From positions 37,682,252 to 37,746,251 of the forward strand of contig NC_081378.1 in assembly GCF_030684315.1 (NCBI RefSeq): a stretch of 64,000 nucleotides of DNA, read 5' to 3'. A model generated the notes under the pieces. The model worked only from the letters and a program-made list of their open reading frames with translations, had not been told where the DNA came from and searched no databases. A program made the position numbers and the translations under genes. Origin of the DNA: Stegostoma tigrinum. Lineage: Eukaryota. This document shows positions 37,220 through 49,000 of the stretch, one piece after another (the first letter of the stretch is position 1; every line of letters starts with the position of its first letter).

Positions 37220-39391
37220 CATAGAACATAGAACATATAACAGTACTGCACAGAACAGGCCCTTCAGCCTACAATGTTGTGCCGACCATTGATCCTCATG
37301 TATGCACCCTCAAATTTCTGTGACCATATGCATGTCCAGCAGTCTCTTAAATGACCCCAATGACCTTGCTTCCTCAACTGCTGCTGGCAATGCATTCCAT
37401 GCTCTCACAACTCTCTGTGTATAGACCCCGCCTCTGACTTCCCCTCGATACTTTCCTCCAACCAGCTTAAAACTATGACCCCTCGTGCTAGCCATTTCTG
37501 CCCTGGGAAATAGTCTCTGGCTATCAACTCTATCTATGCCTCTCATTATCTTGTATACCTCAATTAGGTCCCCTCTCCTCCTCCTTTTCTCCAATGAAAA
37601 GAGACCGAGCTCAGTCAACCTCTCTTCATAAGATAAGCTCTCCAGTCCAGGCAGCATCCTGGTAAACCTCCTCTGAACCCTCTCCAAAGCATCCACATCT
37701 TTCCTATAATAGGACGACCAGCACTGGACGCAGTATTCCAAGTGCGGTCGAACCAAAGTTTTATAGAGCTGCAACAAGATCTCACGCCTCTTAAACTCAA
37801 TCCCCCTGTTAATGAAAGCCAAAACACCATATGCTTTCTTAACAACTCTGTCCACTTGGGTGGCCATTTTAAGGGATCTATGTATCTGCACACCAAGATC
37901 CCTCTGTTCCTCCACACTGCCAAGAATCCTATCCTTAATTCTGTACTCAGCTTTCAAATTCGACCTTCCAAAATGCATCACCTCGCAGTTATCCAGGTTG
38001 AACTCCATCTGCCACCTCTCAGCCCATCTCTGCATCCTGTCAATGTCCCGCTGCAGCCTACAACAGCCCTCTATGCTGTCAACGGCACCTCCGACCTTTG
38101 TGTCGTCTGCAAACTTGCTGACCCGTCCTTCAATCTCCTCATCCAAGTCATTAATAAAAATTACAAACAGTAGAGGCCCAAGGACAGAGCCCCGTGGAAC
38201 CCCACTCACCACTGACTTCCAGGCAGAATATTTTCCTTCTACTACCACTCGCTGTCTTCTGCTGGCCAGCCAATTCTGTATCCAGGCAGCTAAGTTCCCC
38301 TGTATCCCATTCCTCCTGACCTTCTGAATGAGCCTACCCATGGGGAACCTTATCAAATGCCTTACTGAAGTCCATATTCACCACATCCACAGCTCGACCC
38401 TCATCAACTTTTCTAGTCACATCCTCAAAGAACTCGATAAGGTTTGTGAGGCATGACCTGCCCCTCACAAAGCCGTGTTGACTGCATTTGATCAAGCCAT
38501 GCTCTTCCAGATGGTCATAAACCCTATCCCTCAGAATCCTTTCTAACACCTTGCAGACGACAGACGTGAGACTTACTGGTCTGTAATTGCCGGGGATTTC
38601 CCAATTTCCTTTCTTGAAGGGAGGAGTTACATTTGCCTCTCTCCAGTCCTCAGGTACGACTCCAGTGGAGAGCGAGGATGCAAAGATCTTCGCAAGTGGC
38701 GAAGCAATTTCATTTCTCGCTTCCCAAAGCAGCCGAGGACAAATCTGGCCCGGGCCTGGCGACTTGTCAATCTTAATGTTTGGCAAAATTTTCAGCACCT
38801 CAGCTTCCTCTATCTCTATCCATTCCAGCATGCACACCTGCTCTTCGAAGGTTTCATTCACTACAAAGTTTGTTTCTTTCATAAAGACAGAAGCAAAAAA
38901 CTCATTTAGGGCTTCCCCTACCTCCTCAGACTCCACACACAAGTTCCCTATGCTATCCCTGATCGGCCCTACTCTTTCTTTGACCATTCTCTTATTCCTC
39001 ACATAAGTGTAAAATGCTTTTGTGTTTTCCCTAATTCGTTCTGCCAAGCCTTTCTCGTGCCCCCTCCTGGCTCTCCTCAGACCATTTTTGAGCTCCTTCC
39101 TTGCCTGCGTGTAATCCTCTCTAGCTGAACTTGACCCTAGCTTCCTCCACCTTATGTAAGCTACCTTCTTCCTTTTCACAAGAAGCTCCACTGTTCTCGT
39201 CATCCAAGGTTCCTTTATCTTACCCCTTCTTCCCTGTCTCAGAGGGACATATTTACTCATCACTCGCAACAATTGTTCCTTAAACAGTCCCCACATGTCT
39301 ATAGTTCCCTTACCATGAAACAATTGCTCCCAGTCCATGCTTCCTAACTCATTTCTACTTGCGTCATAGTTTCCTCTTCCCCAATTAAATA
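37220..39391 (-). mobile_element. 5'-truncated CR1-clade LINE (HER1-like); ORF2 reverse transcriptase with one frameshift
   Basis: ORFs 38334-39449 and 37310-38356 join into RT (NYRPVSLTS, QHGF, DFSKAFDKVPH, GVPRGSVLGP, FADD, RPHLEYC). 3' end is a (TTCTATG)n tail. Interrupts an A-B intron; AAATGTCAA/AAATATCAA flanks. Confidence 0.96.
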
Positions 39392-39808
39392 TCAAGTGTG
39401 AGGTGAGGAAACACATTTGAACAGAATGACATAGTTTGCCACTGGGCATTGTAACCTAACTGTGTGGCACAACCGATTTTATGCCAGGCATCAATCTGTG
39501 TTAGATGTTTCTTTGATTACAAAACAAGGTGCGAGGCTAAGTTGAATAGCAGGGCATTGGCATCAATATTAAATGTTTGGCGAGTCTGAATATTTTCAAT
39601 GGGGCGGATGAAAAATGCCTGCACGAGATTCCTTTTGTTATGGTGGAAATATATTGACTTTTTATGCTAAAAGCTCTCTCTTCTTGTACATACAGAACAT
39701 GATGCTGAAGACCATGGGAACAGCCTTTTACCGAACAGGAGGTGAAGATTCCATCACTTCACTGGTATCATATGCCTTGCAATTCTTACAGACATCATCG
39801 GTACTCAC

Positions 39809-39868
39809 CAGTTGTGGAGCCAGTGGTTGAGCCAGGAGTTGTTGCTGAGACTGTTGTGGAGGTTTGTT
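39809..39868 (-). CDS. MUC19: PTS mini-exon class B
   Basis: 60 nt, AG/GT, phase 1-1. Confidence 0.85.
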
Positions 39869-40123
39869 CTGAAATATGAGAGAAATTGAAGTTCACAACA
39901 CTTTGTTCATTTCCAAAAAATTATATGTTACGTTTCAGAATGAGAGGAGGTAAGTATTTCTCCCAGATATATGGTGGAAATAAATAAATGTTAATGTCCA
40001 AACCACCACAGAAAAAGAGAAAAGTGACAAATATAAATTGTCAAACAATTGAACCATAAATGAGCAAAGAAGTGATTCTGTTCAAGGGTCAGTTCATGTT
40101 CAGTAACCGAAAGCTTCACTCAC

Positions 40124-40186
40124 CAGTTATGGAACTGGAAGTAGACGGTGCTGTAGTGGCAGATACTGTTGTTGAAGTGGTTTCTT
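40124..40186 (-). CDS. MUC19: PTS mini-exon class C
   Basis: 63 nt, AG/GT, phase 1-1. Confidence 0.85.
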
Positions 40187-40761
40187 CTAAAAGATAAACA
40201 AATGAACTTCCAGTCAGTATATTCCTTCTTGATGTTGGTTTGGTTGTTCTTCTTGAAACAGCCCCTCCAGATGGTGTACAAATAAAGCGAAAGATGACGA
40301 GCCAGTTTGAAAATTGTGACCACAGCTGATAAAACATGGTTTATTCCACAATGAGAAGTAACGATCATTCCAAATAAATGAACCCAATTATCCATGTTAC
40401 ATATATCAAGACAGTGCCTTGTTTGAGGCATCAAATGGCTTTGAAGCACTGAATCTCACCAGCATACCTTCTTTCAACAACATGATGATACTTCATAGTG
40501 ATACCACTGCGAGTGGAAACATTAATATTACAGACACTGACTTCATAGACGCTCTTATATAAAAAGTTTTCTATTTCATGTTTGTGTCTGAAATATTTCT
40601 TCATGAGGTTTGGTGAATAATTAAAAGTTCAATATCTGCCGACTTCAATGATGTTATTCAGTTTTCGAAGAGCAAATCAACACAGTTTCATTGTCAAGAA
40701 GCTAAAGATGACGTTTATATCAAAGTCATTGGTCTTACGGCTCATGGAAACCATCACATAC

Positions 40762-40830
40762 CTGTTGTTGAGGTACTGGTGGAGCCAGGTGTAGTTGTAG
40801 GCGCTGTTGTTGTTCTTGTTGATGTTCTTA
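40762..40830 (-). CDS. MUC19: PTS mini-exon class D
   Basis: 69 nt, AG/GT, phase 1-1. Confidence 0.85.
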
Positions 40831-41067
40831 CTGAAAAAGAAAATGAATAATATTCAATACTTAATCAACATTCACTAGAAACCAATCTGACATGAATTAT
40901 GATGGAAATGGGAGAATCATCTGGATTCCGATAGAATTTTTACAATGAATTGTGCCAAGTATCAAGCTGACGGTAGTAGTATGTGTTCTCAGTGAGGCTG
41001 CTGAAATTCAGAAACCGTTCCACTTGCAACAAGGTTGTGAATTGTGTTGAATGCATGTATCACTCAC

Positions 41068-41130
41068 CAGCTGTGGAAATGGCAGTCGTCTCAGCTGTGG
41101 TGCCTGTCCCTGTTGTTGTAGCTGATTCTT
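41068..41130 (-). CDS. MUC19: PTS mini-exon class E
   Basis: 63 nt, AG/GT, phase 1-1. Confidence 0.85.
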
Positions 41131-41731
41131 CTGAAGGAAAAAGAACAGAATCAACAAATAATTTTCGAATGGCACATGCGGCAGGATTGAGAGAAGACAA
41201 TCATTCTGTCATTGAAACGGTCAGTGGACACAGGTATCATGAAAATTATTACAATGACCTGGCAGCTGATAGGAGCCAAAGGTCAATGCAGGAAGGTAAT
41301 TGTTTTTGAGGTGTGACCACTGTTGGAGAATAGGAATTGTGCCCATCAAATTTGTTTAAAGTCAGACAATTCAAATAATCAATCTCAGAAATTTTGAGTC
41401 AAGTGTCAAGACTGTTTGCACCCTGAGGGAGCTCACTGCTCATCTTCCAATCAAAGTGAGAGGTATTTTACAAGCAAGCAGATTGTGCAGGCAAATGGGT
41501 AATGCAATGTATCAGCCAACAGGCCCAGTGTTGTCTTTCTGTATCAAAGAGTTGACGATCTGGCTGAGTTGAATGCACAAGCCTCGACGGAAATCTTCAG
41601 CACAACATCTTCTTAAGGCAAGAAAGTGGTTAATGGCCCAGAAGTAAGGAAGGAATTTTCCAGTTCAGAGACTTTTTAGGTTCTTGCTTCAAACTGAATC
41701 TTCATGTTTACTGAGAAAGGACTGAACTCAC

Positions 41732-41791
41732 CAGTTGTGGAGCTGGCAGCAGAACTGGCTGTGGTGGTCGTCCCTGATGTTGATGTGGTTT
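41732..41791 (-). CDS. MUC19: PTS mini-exon class A
   Basis: 60 nt, AG/GT, phase 1-1. Confidence 0.85.
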
Positions 41792-42510
41792 CTATTGAAG
41801 AAAAGAAAGTGTAATCACAATCTCGACACATAAACTGAAATCATGACCAATGGGAAAGATTCAACAGCACTCAGGATGGAAGCACAAAGGATGAGAGAAT
41901 GTGGAAAAACGATCAGAACCTATCCTACAAATGGCCAATCAAAAAGCAACCTACCATATCATAAATTGTGTCAACCATCTGTGTCATTAACCTGCTCTCC
42001 ATCACACAAGTGTTCCAATGGTAGGTCAAGACTTTATTTCTGCTTGCATTTGCATCAAGGGTAGTCGCACACTAATTAATTTGAGTTTCAAAGTGTCAAG
42101 TGTGAGGTGAGGAAACACATTTGAACAGAATGACATAGTTTGCCACTGGGCGTTGTAACCTAAATGTGTGACACAACCAATTTGATGCCAGGCATCAATC
42201 TGCAATCGAAGTTTCTTTGAATAGAAACAATGTGCGAGGCTCAGTGGTGTAGCAGGGCAATGGCATCAATATTAAATGTTTGGAGAGGCTGAATAGTTTC
42301 AACAGGATGAATGACAAATGCCTGCACGAGAATCGTTTTGTCATGTGGAAATATATTGACTTCTTATGGTAAAAGCTCCTCCTCTTGTAGGAATAGAATG
42401 AGATGCTGGAAGACCATGGGAACAGCCTTTTACCGAACAGGAGGTGAAGATTCCATCACTTCACTGGTATCTAAGGCCTTGCAATTCTTACAGACATCAT
42501 CGGTACTCAC

Positions 42511-42570
42511 CAGTTGTGGAGCCCGTGGTTGAGCCAGGAGTTGTTGCTGAGACTGTTGTGGAGGTTTGTT
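42511..42570 (-). CDS. MUC19: PTS mini-exon class B
   Basis: 60 nt, AG/GT, phase 1-1. Confidence 0.85.
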
Positions 42571-42824
42571 CTGAAATATGAGAGAAATTGAAGTTCACAA
42601 CTCTTTGATTCAAATCTAAACTAATATACATCATTTTTTTCGGAATGAAATAGGGGAAGCATTCTGGCTGGATACATTATAGCAATCAAAAAGTGCATGT
42701 GTCAAATACACACTGAAATAGAGATAAGTGAAAGATAGCAGTTGTCCAAAATTTGAACGAATGCCAAGAGAAGTGATTCTGTTCAAAGGATACTTATTGT
42801 TCAACAAACTAAGTCTTCACTCAC

Positions 42825-42887
42825 CAGATGTGGAACTGGAAGTCGATGGTGCTGTAGTGGTGAATACTAATGTTGAAGTTGTTTCTT
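42825..42887 (-). CDS. MUC19: PTS mini-exon class F
   Basis: 63 nt, AG/GT, phase 1-1. Confidence 0.85.
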
Positions 42888-43678
42888 CTAAAAGAAAACA
42901 AATGAACTTCTAGTCAGTATATTCCTTGTCGATTTGAGGCTGCGTATTCCACATCAAGCAGTACGTCCAGATCGTACACAAACAAACCGAAAATGACCAA
43001 CCGGTTTGAAAATTCTTACTGCAGCTGAGAAAGCATGGCACGTGCCCAGAATAAAACAGATGGTGGATGCCACATTCATCTGAGGAACAGTAAGAAGTTC
43101 TTTCTTTCAGTGATTGACTAGGTTTGAGGCACTGAAACTCCCCATCAGAGCTTCTTTCAAGAATATGATAAATCTTCAACTATGAGTGGAATCAATAAGA
43201 ACACAGAGACTGACTTCAAGGATACTGATATGCAAATGCCTGTTTCATGTTTGTTCCTGAAATAATTCTGAATGAGGTTTGGTGAACACTAATTCATTGT
43301 CAAGGATCTCATTTTTGCACAGCCAGAAATCTCTCTCAGATATTTTGAGTCAAGCATAAAGCCTCACATTCTGACAGATGACACTACTCATCTTCCAATC
43401 AATGTGAAATGTATTTTTCAAGGCAGCAGAGTGTGCAGGGAAATGTCCAATGCGTTCTACCAGGCAACAGGCAGAGTGTTGTCCTTTCCACATCAAAGAG
43501 TTGATGAACTGACTAAATTGAAATCACGAGGCTCCATTGAAGACTTAAGCACAAGACGTTCTGAAGGCAGGGTGTGGATCACATACCAAAACTGACAAAG
43601 GAGTTTCCCTACACCAATATTTTTAATGTTGTTGCTTCAAATTTATTTTGTAAGTTTCATGAAAAAGGACTAACTCAC

Positions 43679-43738
43679 CAGTTGTGGAGCTGGCAGTAGA
43701 ACTGGCTGTGGTGGTCGTCCCTGATGTTGATGTGGTTT
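43679..43738 (-). CDS. MUC19: PTS mini-exon class A
   Basis: 60 nt, AG/GT, phase 1-1. Confidence 0.85.
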
Positions 43739-44112
43739 CTATTGTAGAAAAGGAAATGTAAACACCATCCATACACAAAAACTGAATGAAGACAAATGAG
43801 TGTGATTCATAAGCATTCAGGAGGGAATGGTCAAATGAAAAGAGACCCCGTAAACTGATCAGAATCTATCACACAGGTGGCCAATCCACAGGAATCCTGC
43901 TATATCATAACATGCATCATTCTCTTTCTCTCTGCTGCAAGGGTTTTCCTGTGATAGGCCAAGACATCGTTTCTGCTTGTAAAATCATCAAGTGCAGTCG
44001 GGCACAGATTAATGTGAGTTGTAAAGTGTCAAGTGTGAGGTTAGAAAAATATTTGAACATAGTGACAATTCTCTAAGGCCTTGCAATTCTTACAGACATC
44101 ATCGGTACTCAC

Positions 44113-44172
44113 CAGTCGTGGAGCCAGTGGTTGCGCCAGGAGTTGTTTCTGAAACTGTCGTGGAGGTTTGTT
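44113..44172 (-). CDS. MUC19: PTS mini-exon class B
   Basis: 60 nt, AG/GT, phase 1-1. Confidence 0.85.
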
Positions 44173-44427
44173 CTGAAATATGAGAGAAATTGAATTTCAC
44201 AACACTTTGTTCACTTCCAAAAGAATGTATAACACTTTCCAGAATGAGAGGAGGTAAGTATTACTCCCAGATACATGGTGGAAATAAATAAATGTTAACG
44301 TCCAAACCACTACAGAAAAAGAGAAAAGTGACAAATATAAATTGTCAAACAATTGAACAATAAATGAGCAAAGAAGTGATTCTGTTCAAGGGTCACTTCA
44401 TGTTTAGTAACTGAAGGCTTCACTCAC

Positions 44428-44490
44428 CAGTTATGGAACTGGAAGTAGTCGGTGCTGTAGTGGCGGATACTGTTGTTGAAGTGGCTTCTT
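44428..44490 (-). CDS. MUC19: PTS mini-exon class C
   Basis: 63 nt, AG/GT, phase 1-1. Confidence 0.85.
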
Positions 44491-44663
44491 CTAAAAGATA
44501 AACAAATGAACTTCCAGTCAGTATATTCCTTTTTGATGTTGGTTTGGTTGTTCCTTGAAACAGAATCTCCAGATGGTGTACAAATAAAGCTAAAGATGAC
44601 GAGCCAGTTTTAAATTGTGACTTCATCTGACAAAATATCGTCATCATTGCATCTATCACTCAC

Positions 44664-44726
44664 CAGTTGTGGAACTGGCAGTCGTCTCTGTTGTGGTACC
44701 TGTCCCTGTTGTTGTAGCTGATTCTT
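44664..44726 (-). CDS. MUC19: PTS mini-exon class E
   Basis: 63 nt, AG/GT, phase 1-1. Confidence 0.8.
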
Positions 44727-45311
44727 CTGAAGGGCAAAGAAAAGAATCAACAACTAATAATCCAATGCCACCTGAGGGAAGATAATCATTCCGCCATTGA
44801 AATGGACAGTGGAATTGGATCACATTTAATGTATTGCAATGGCCTGGCAGCTGATAGGAATGAAAGGACTATGCAGGAAGGTCATTGTTTTTGAGGTGTA
44901 GTCACTTTTGGAGAATAGGGTTTGTGCCCATCAAATTTTGCACAGTCAGACAAGTCAGAAAACCAATCTCAGAAACTTTGAGTCAAGTGTAAAACCTGTT
45001 TGCCATCCTGACAGTGCTCACTACTCATCTTTGAATCAAAATGAGAGGTATTTTTCAAGCAAGCAGAGAGAGCAGGCAAATATCAGTATAATATATCTGC
45101 TAACAGGTCCAGTGTTATTGAGTCTTTATCAAAGAGTTGATGATCTGGCTAAATTGAATGCACGAGGCTCCACAGAAGATTCCAGCAAAGCACCTTCTTA
45201 AGGCAGAATGTGGATCATAGACCAAAACTGACAATAAATTTCCCTGTCCTGACGTTTTTTAAATTCTTGTTTTAATTTTTTTCCCACCTTTTTAAAAATG
45301 GACTAACTCAC

Positions 45312-45371
45312 CAGTTGTGGAGCTGGCGGTAGAACTGGCTGTGGTGGTCGTCCCTGATGTTGATGTGGTTT
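45312..45371 (-). CDS. MUC19: PTS mini-exon class A
   Basis: 60 nt, CAG/GT, phase 1-1. Confidence 0.85.
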
Positions 45372-46038
45372 CTGTTGAAGAAAAGGAAATGTAATCACAA
45401 TCTATATATATAAACTGAATCAAGAGGGAGTTCCTACTGTATTCTGGAGGAAATGAAGAAATGAAGAGAAAATATGTATGAAAGTTCAAAACATGTCACA
45501 CAGATGGCCAATCAGGAAAATGCTGCCATATCATAACTTGTGTAAAGCAACTGCATCGTTCTCGTGCTCTCCATCACATGAGTTTTCCTGTGATCATTTC
45601 TGCTTGTAAAACATCAAGGACAGTCGGACACAAGTTACTGTGAATTGCAAAGTGTCAAGTGTGAGGTGAAGGGAAACATTTGAACATATTGACGTGGTTT
45701 GGGACTAGAGGTTGTAACCTCAATTTGTTGTGCAACCAACTTTGAATAGAAACAATGTGCGAGGCTAAGTGGAAGACAGGGCAATGGCCTCGATGTTAGG
45801 TGTTTGGAGGAGCTGAATAGTTTCAATGGCAAGATTGGGAAATGTTGGCACCAGAGTTGTTCCATCCTTCTGTAAAAGTGTATGATCTTTAATGCTTGAA
45901 ATATTCCTTTGGTTCAGAAATAGAATAAGACGCTGGAAGGCCTTGGCAACAGCCTGTCACTGAACAGGAGGTGAAGCTTTGATCAATTCTCTGGTATCTA
46001 AGGCCTTGCAATTCTTAGCAGAAGACATCGTTACTCAC

Positions 46039-46098
46039 CAGTTGTGGAGCCAGTGGTTGAGCCAGGAGTTGTTGCTGAGACTGTTGTGGAGGTTTGTT
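46039..46098 (-). CDS. MUC19: PTS mini-exon class B
   Basis: 60 nt, AG/GT, phase 1-1. Confidence 0.85.
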
Positions 46099-46909
46099 CT
46101 GAAATATGAGAGAAATTGAAGTTCACAACACTTTGATTCAATTCCAAAGTAATATGTGTTGATTTTCAGAATAAAACCAGGGAGGGATTCTGGCCAGATA
46201 CATTATGGAAATAAAAAGTGCCATAGCATTGTTTATGTGGATATCTCATTGCATCATTTTATCACTTATTTGAAGCTTGTTACATTCATTAATAATACAG
46301 AGACTGCCTTCAATGATGCTTATGTAGGAAGAGCCCTCTTTCATGTTTGTTTCTGAAATAATGCATATTGAGATTTGTACACATCTGTACAATCTGTACA
46401 CATAAACTGAGTCAAGACCAATGAGAGAGTTTCTTCCGCATTCAGTAAGGAATGCCTAGGTAATGAAAGAATGTGTAAAAATGTTCAAAACCTGTCCCAC
46501 AGATGGCCAATCAGGAAGGATCCTGCCATATCATAACTTGTAGAAAGCATCTGCATCATTCTCCTGCTCTCCATCACATGAATGTTCCTGTGACAGGTCA
46601 AGACACTGTTTCTGCTTGGAAAAGCATCAAGGCCAGTCGGATACAGATTAGTGCATGTTGCAAAGTGTCAAGTGTGAGTTGAGGAAACACGTTTTGAACA
46701 GAATGACATAGTTTGCCACTGGGGATTGTAACCTGAATGTGTGACACAACCAATTTGATGCCAGTGATCGATTTAGTTTCCATCAGCTTCTCCACAATGA
46801 ATTTCAAGCTGATGGGATGAATATGCATTCTCAGTAAGGCTGCTGAAATTCAGGAACCATTCTGCTTGCAACAGGGTTGTAAATTGTGTTCAATGCATGT
46901 ATCACTCAC

Positions 46910-46972
46910 CAGCTGTGGAACTGACAGCCGTCTCAGTTGTGGTACCTGTCCCTGTTGTTGTAGTTGATTCTT
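46910..46972 (-). CDS. MUC19: PTS mini-exon class E
   Basis: 63 nt, AG/GT, phase 1-1. Confidence 0.8.
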
Positions 46973-47558
46973 CTGAAGGACAAACAAAAACTTTAACAAC
47001 CAATATGTCCAATACTATGTTGGACAGAATTCAGAGGAAAAGCAGACTCAAGGAGCATTTTGTCATTGAAATGGGCAGTGCAAACGAATAATGTTAAAAG
47101 TATTATAATGGCCTGACACCTGACATGAGGCAAAGTCACTGCGGAAAGGCAACTGCTTTTGAGATATAGTCACTGTTGGAAAATAAGGATGGTGCCCATC
47201 AATTTTTGCCCAGACAGAAAATCAAATCTCGGAAATTTTGATTTAAGTGTGAAGATTGTTTGGTACCCTGACAGATCTCACTGCTCATCTTCCAATCAAT
47301 GTGAGAGATAGTTTTGAAGCAAGCAGAGAGTGCAGGCAAAGGACCAATATAATCTAACAGCCAACAGGCCCAGTGTTATCTTTTCTATATCAAATAGTTG
47401 ATGAAGACTTCATCCACTGAAGGCTTCAGCACAACATCTTTGGAAGATAGAAGGTGGACCATGTACTAAGAATGACAAAGGGATTTCCCTGTCTATATGT
47501 TTTGTAGGATCTTGATTCAAATAGTTTACCACATTTAATGAAAAAGGACTAAACTCAC

Positions 47559-47618
47559 CAGTTGTGGAGCTGGCAGTAGAACTGGCTATGGTCGTCGTCT
47601 CTGATGTTGATGTGATCT
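47559..47618 (-). CDS. MUC19: PTS mini-exon class A, divergent (EITSTSETTTIASSTASSTT)
   Basis: 60 nt, CAG/GT, phase 1-1. Confidence 0.8.
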
Positions 47619-48286
47619 CTGTTTAAGAAAGCAAAATGTAATCACAATCCATGCGCATAAACTGAAACAAGACCAATGAGAGGGAATGCCTAAGTAATGA
47701 AAGAATGTGTAAGAAAGTTCAAAAACTGTCCTACAGATGGCCAATCAGGAAGGATCCTGCTATATCATTACTTGTAAAAAACATCTGCGTTGTTCTTATG
47801 CTCTCCATCACATGAATGTTCCTGTGATAGGCCAAGACACCATTTCTGTTTGCCATAGCATCAAGGGCAGTTGGGCACAGATTAATGTGAGCTGCAAAGT
47901 GGCCAGCGTGAGGTGTGGAAATATATTTGACCACAATGACAGTTTGCCACTGGGGGTTGTAACCTAAATGTGTGGTGCAACCAAATTGATGCCAGCCATC
48001 AAAGTGCATTAGATGTTTCTGTGTATAGAAACAATGTGTGAGGCTAAGTGGAGTAGCAGGGCAATGGTCTCAATGTTAAATGTTTGTAGAGGCTGAATAG
48101 ATTCAGTGGGAAGATTGGCAAATGTCTGCACAAGAATCTTTTATGCTAAAAGCTCTCTCCTCTTGTACGTACAGAATATGATGCTGAAGACCATGGAACA
48201 GCCTTTTACCGAACAGGAGGTGAAGATTCCATCAATTCACTGGTATCTAAGGCCTTGCAATTCTTACAGGCGTCATCGGTACTCAC

Positions 48287-48346
48287 CAGTTGTGGAGCCA
48301 GTGGTTGAGCCAGGAGTTGTTGCTGAGACTGTTGTGGAGGTTTGTT
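48287..48346 (-). CDS. MUC19: PTS mini-exon class B
   Basis: 60 nt, AG/GT, phase 1-1. Confidence 0.85.
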
Positions 48347-48465
48347 CTGAAACATGAGAGGAATTAAAGTTCACAACACTTTGATTCAATTCCAAAATAT
48401 TTTATATTGCCTTTAAGAATGAAAGGAAAATAAGATTCCTGTTATATGCATTTATGGAAATAAAT

Positions 48466-48784
48466 GGAGTGACATGTTGGCTCAGTGGTTAGCACTGCTG
48501 CTTCACAGCACCAGGGTCCCGTGTTCGATTCCACCCTCGGGTGACTGTCTGTTTGGAGTTTGCACATTCTCCCTGTGTCTGTGTGGGTTTCCTCCAGGTG
48601 TTACGATTTCACACCGCCCAAAGATGTACAGGGTAGATGGATTGGCCATGCTAAGTTGCCCATTGTATTCAGGGATGTGTAGATTATGTGGGGTACAGGG
48701 GGATGTGTCTGGGTGGGATGCTCTGAGGGTCGGTGTGGACATGTTTGGCCGAAGGCCCTGTTTTCACACTGTTGGGATTCTACG
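48466..48784 (+). mobile_element. tRNA-derived V-SINE (HE1-like)
   Basis: A box TGGCTCAGTGG (48478), B box GTTCGATTCC (48523), V-domain GGAGTTTGCACATTCTCCCTGTGTCTGTGTGGGTTTCCTCC, LINE-like tail GGCCGAAGGCCCTGTTTTCACACTGT. Confidence 0.85.
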
Positions 48785-48934
48785 TAATGTATAAGAACAA
48801 AATAATTCTTCATTTTGAGTCCATTACAGGAGAAGAGAGAGGTCGATCATCTCAATTATCAAAATAATTTCACTAAAGCTGAGTGAACTGATCATGTTCA
48901 AAGTTTATTGAACACATTCTAAGACTTCATTCAG

Positions 48935-49000
48935 CACTTGATGCACTGGAAGTAGACATTGGTGTAGTGGTGTATACCTCTAGGTGCTGTTTAAAAAATT
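48935..49000 (-). pseudogene. Decayed class C/F mini-exon (pseudo-exon)
   Basis: Aligns to F (ACTGGAAGTAGAC...TGTAGTGGTG) in the expected position, but the donor reads CTGAAT instead of GTGAGT and the 5' part is scrambled. Confidence 0.6.

Larger units (their letters stand above)
1..48400. repeat. Higher-order tandem array of exon+intron modules (P ~2.70 kb: exons A-B-C-D-E; Q ~2.0 kb: exons A-B-F)
   Basis: Class-A exon starts recur at 606, 3306, 5254, 7967, 9998, 11935, 14638, 16671, 18610, 21312, 24015, 27044, 29075, 32129, 34842, 36855, 41732, 43679, 45312, 47559. Introns are near-identical between copies, and the ORF track repeats with offsets of 4648, 6681, 6675 and 2703. Confidence 0.97.

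Noticed and set aside
37615-39006. ORFs 37615-37923, 37742-38173, 37812-38327, 38587-39006
   Set aside because: Alternate-frame or antisense shadows of the CR1 ORF2.
606-48346. CRISPR-like or prokaryotic repeat array (recurrent CTCACCAGTTGTGGAGC motif)
   Set aside because: The motif is the reverse complement of exon end plus GTGAG donor. The 'spacers' are hundreds of bp long and are themselves repeated. No cas genes, and the context is vertebrate.
606-48346. Dscam-style mutually exclusive exon cluster or recombination-signal-based rearranging locus
   Set aside because: Introns are long enough for consecutive splicing and all joins are in frame. I saw no docking/selector pairing or heptamer-nonamer signals by eye, though no systematic search was done.
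48474-48560. tRNA gene (A and B boxes)
   Set aside because: Continues into a V-domain and LINE-like tail without a proper cloverleaf; it is the SINE head.
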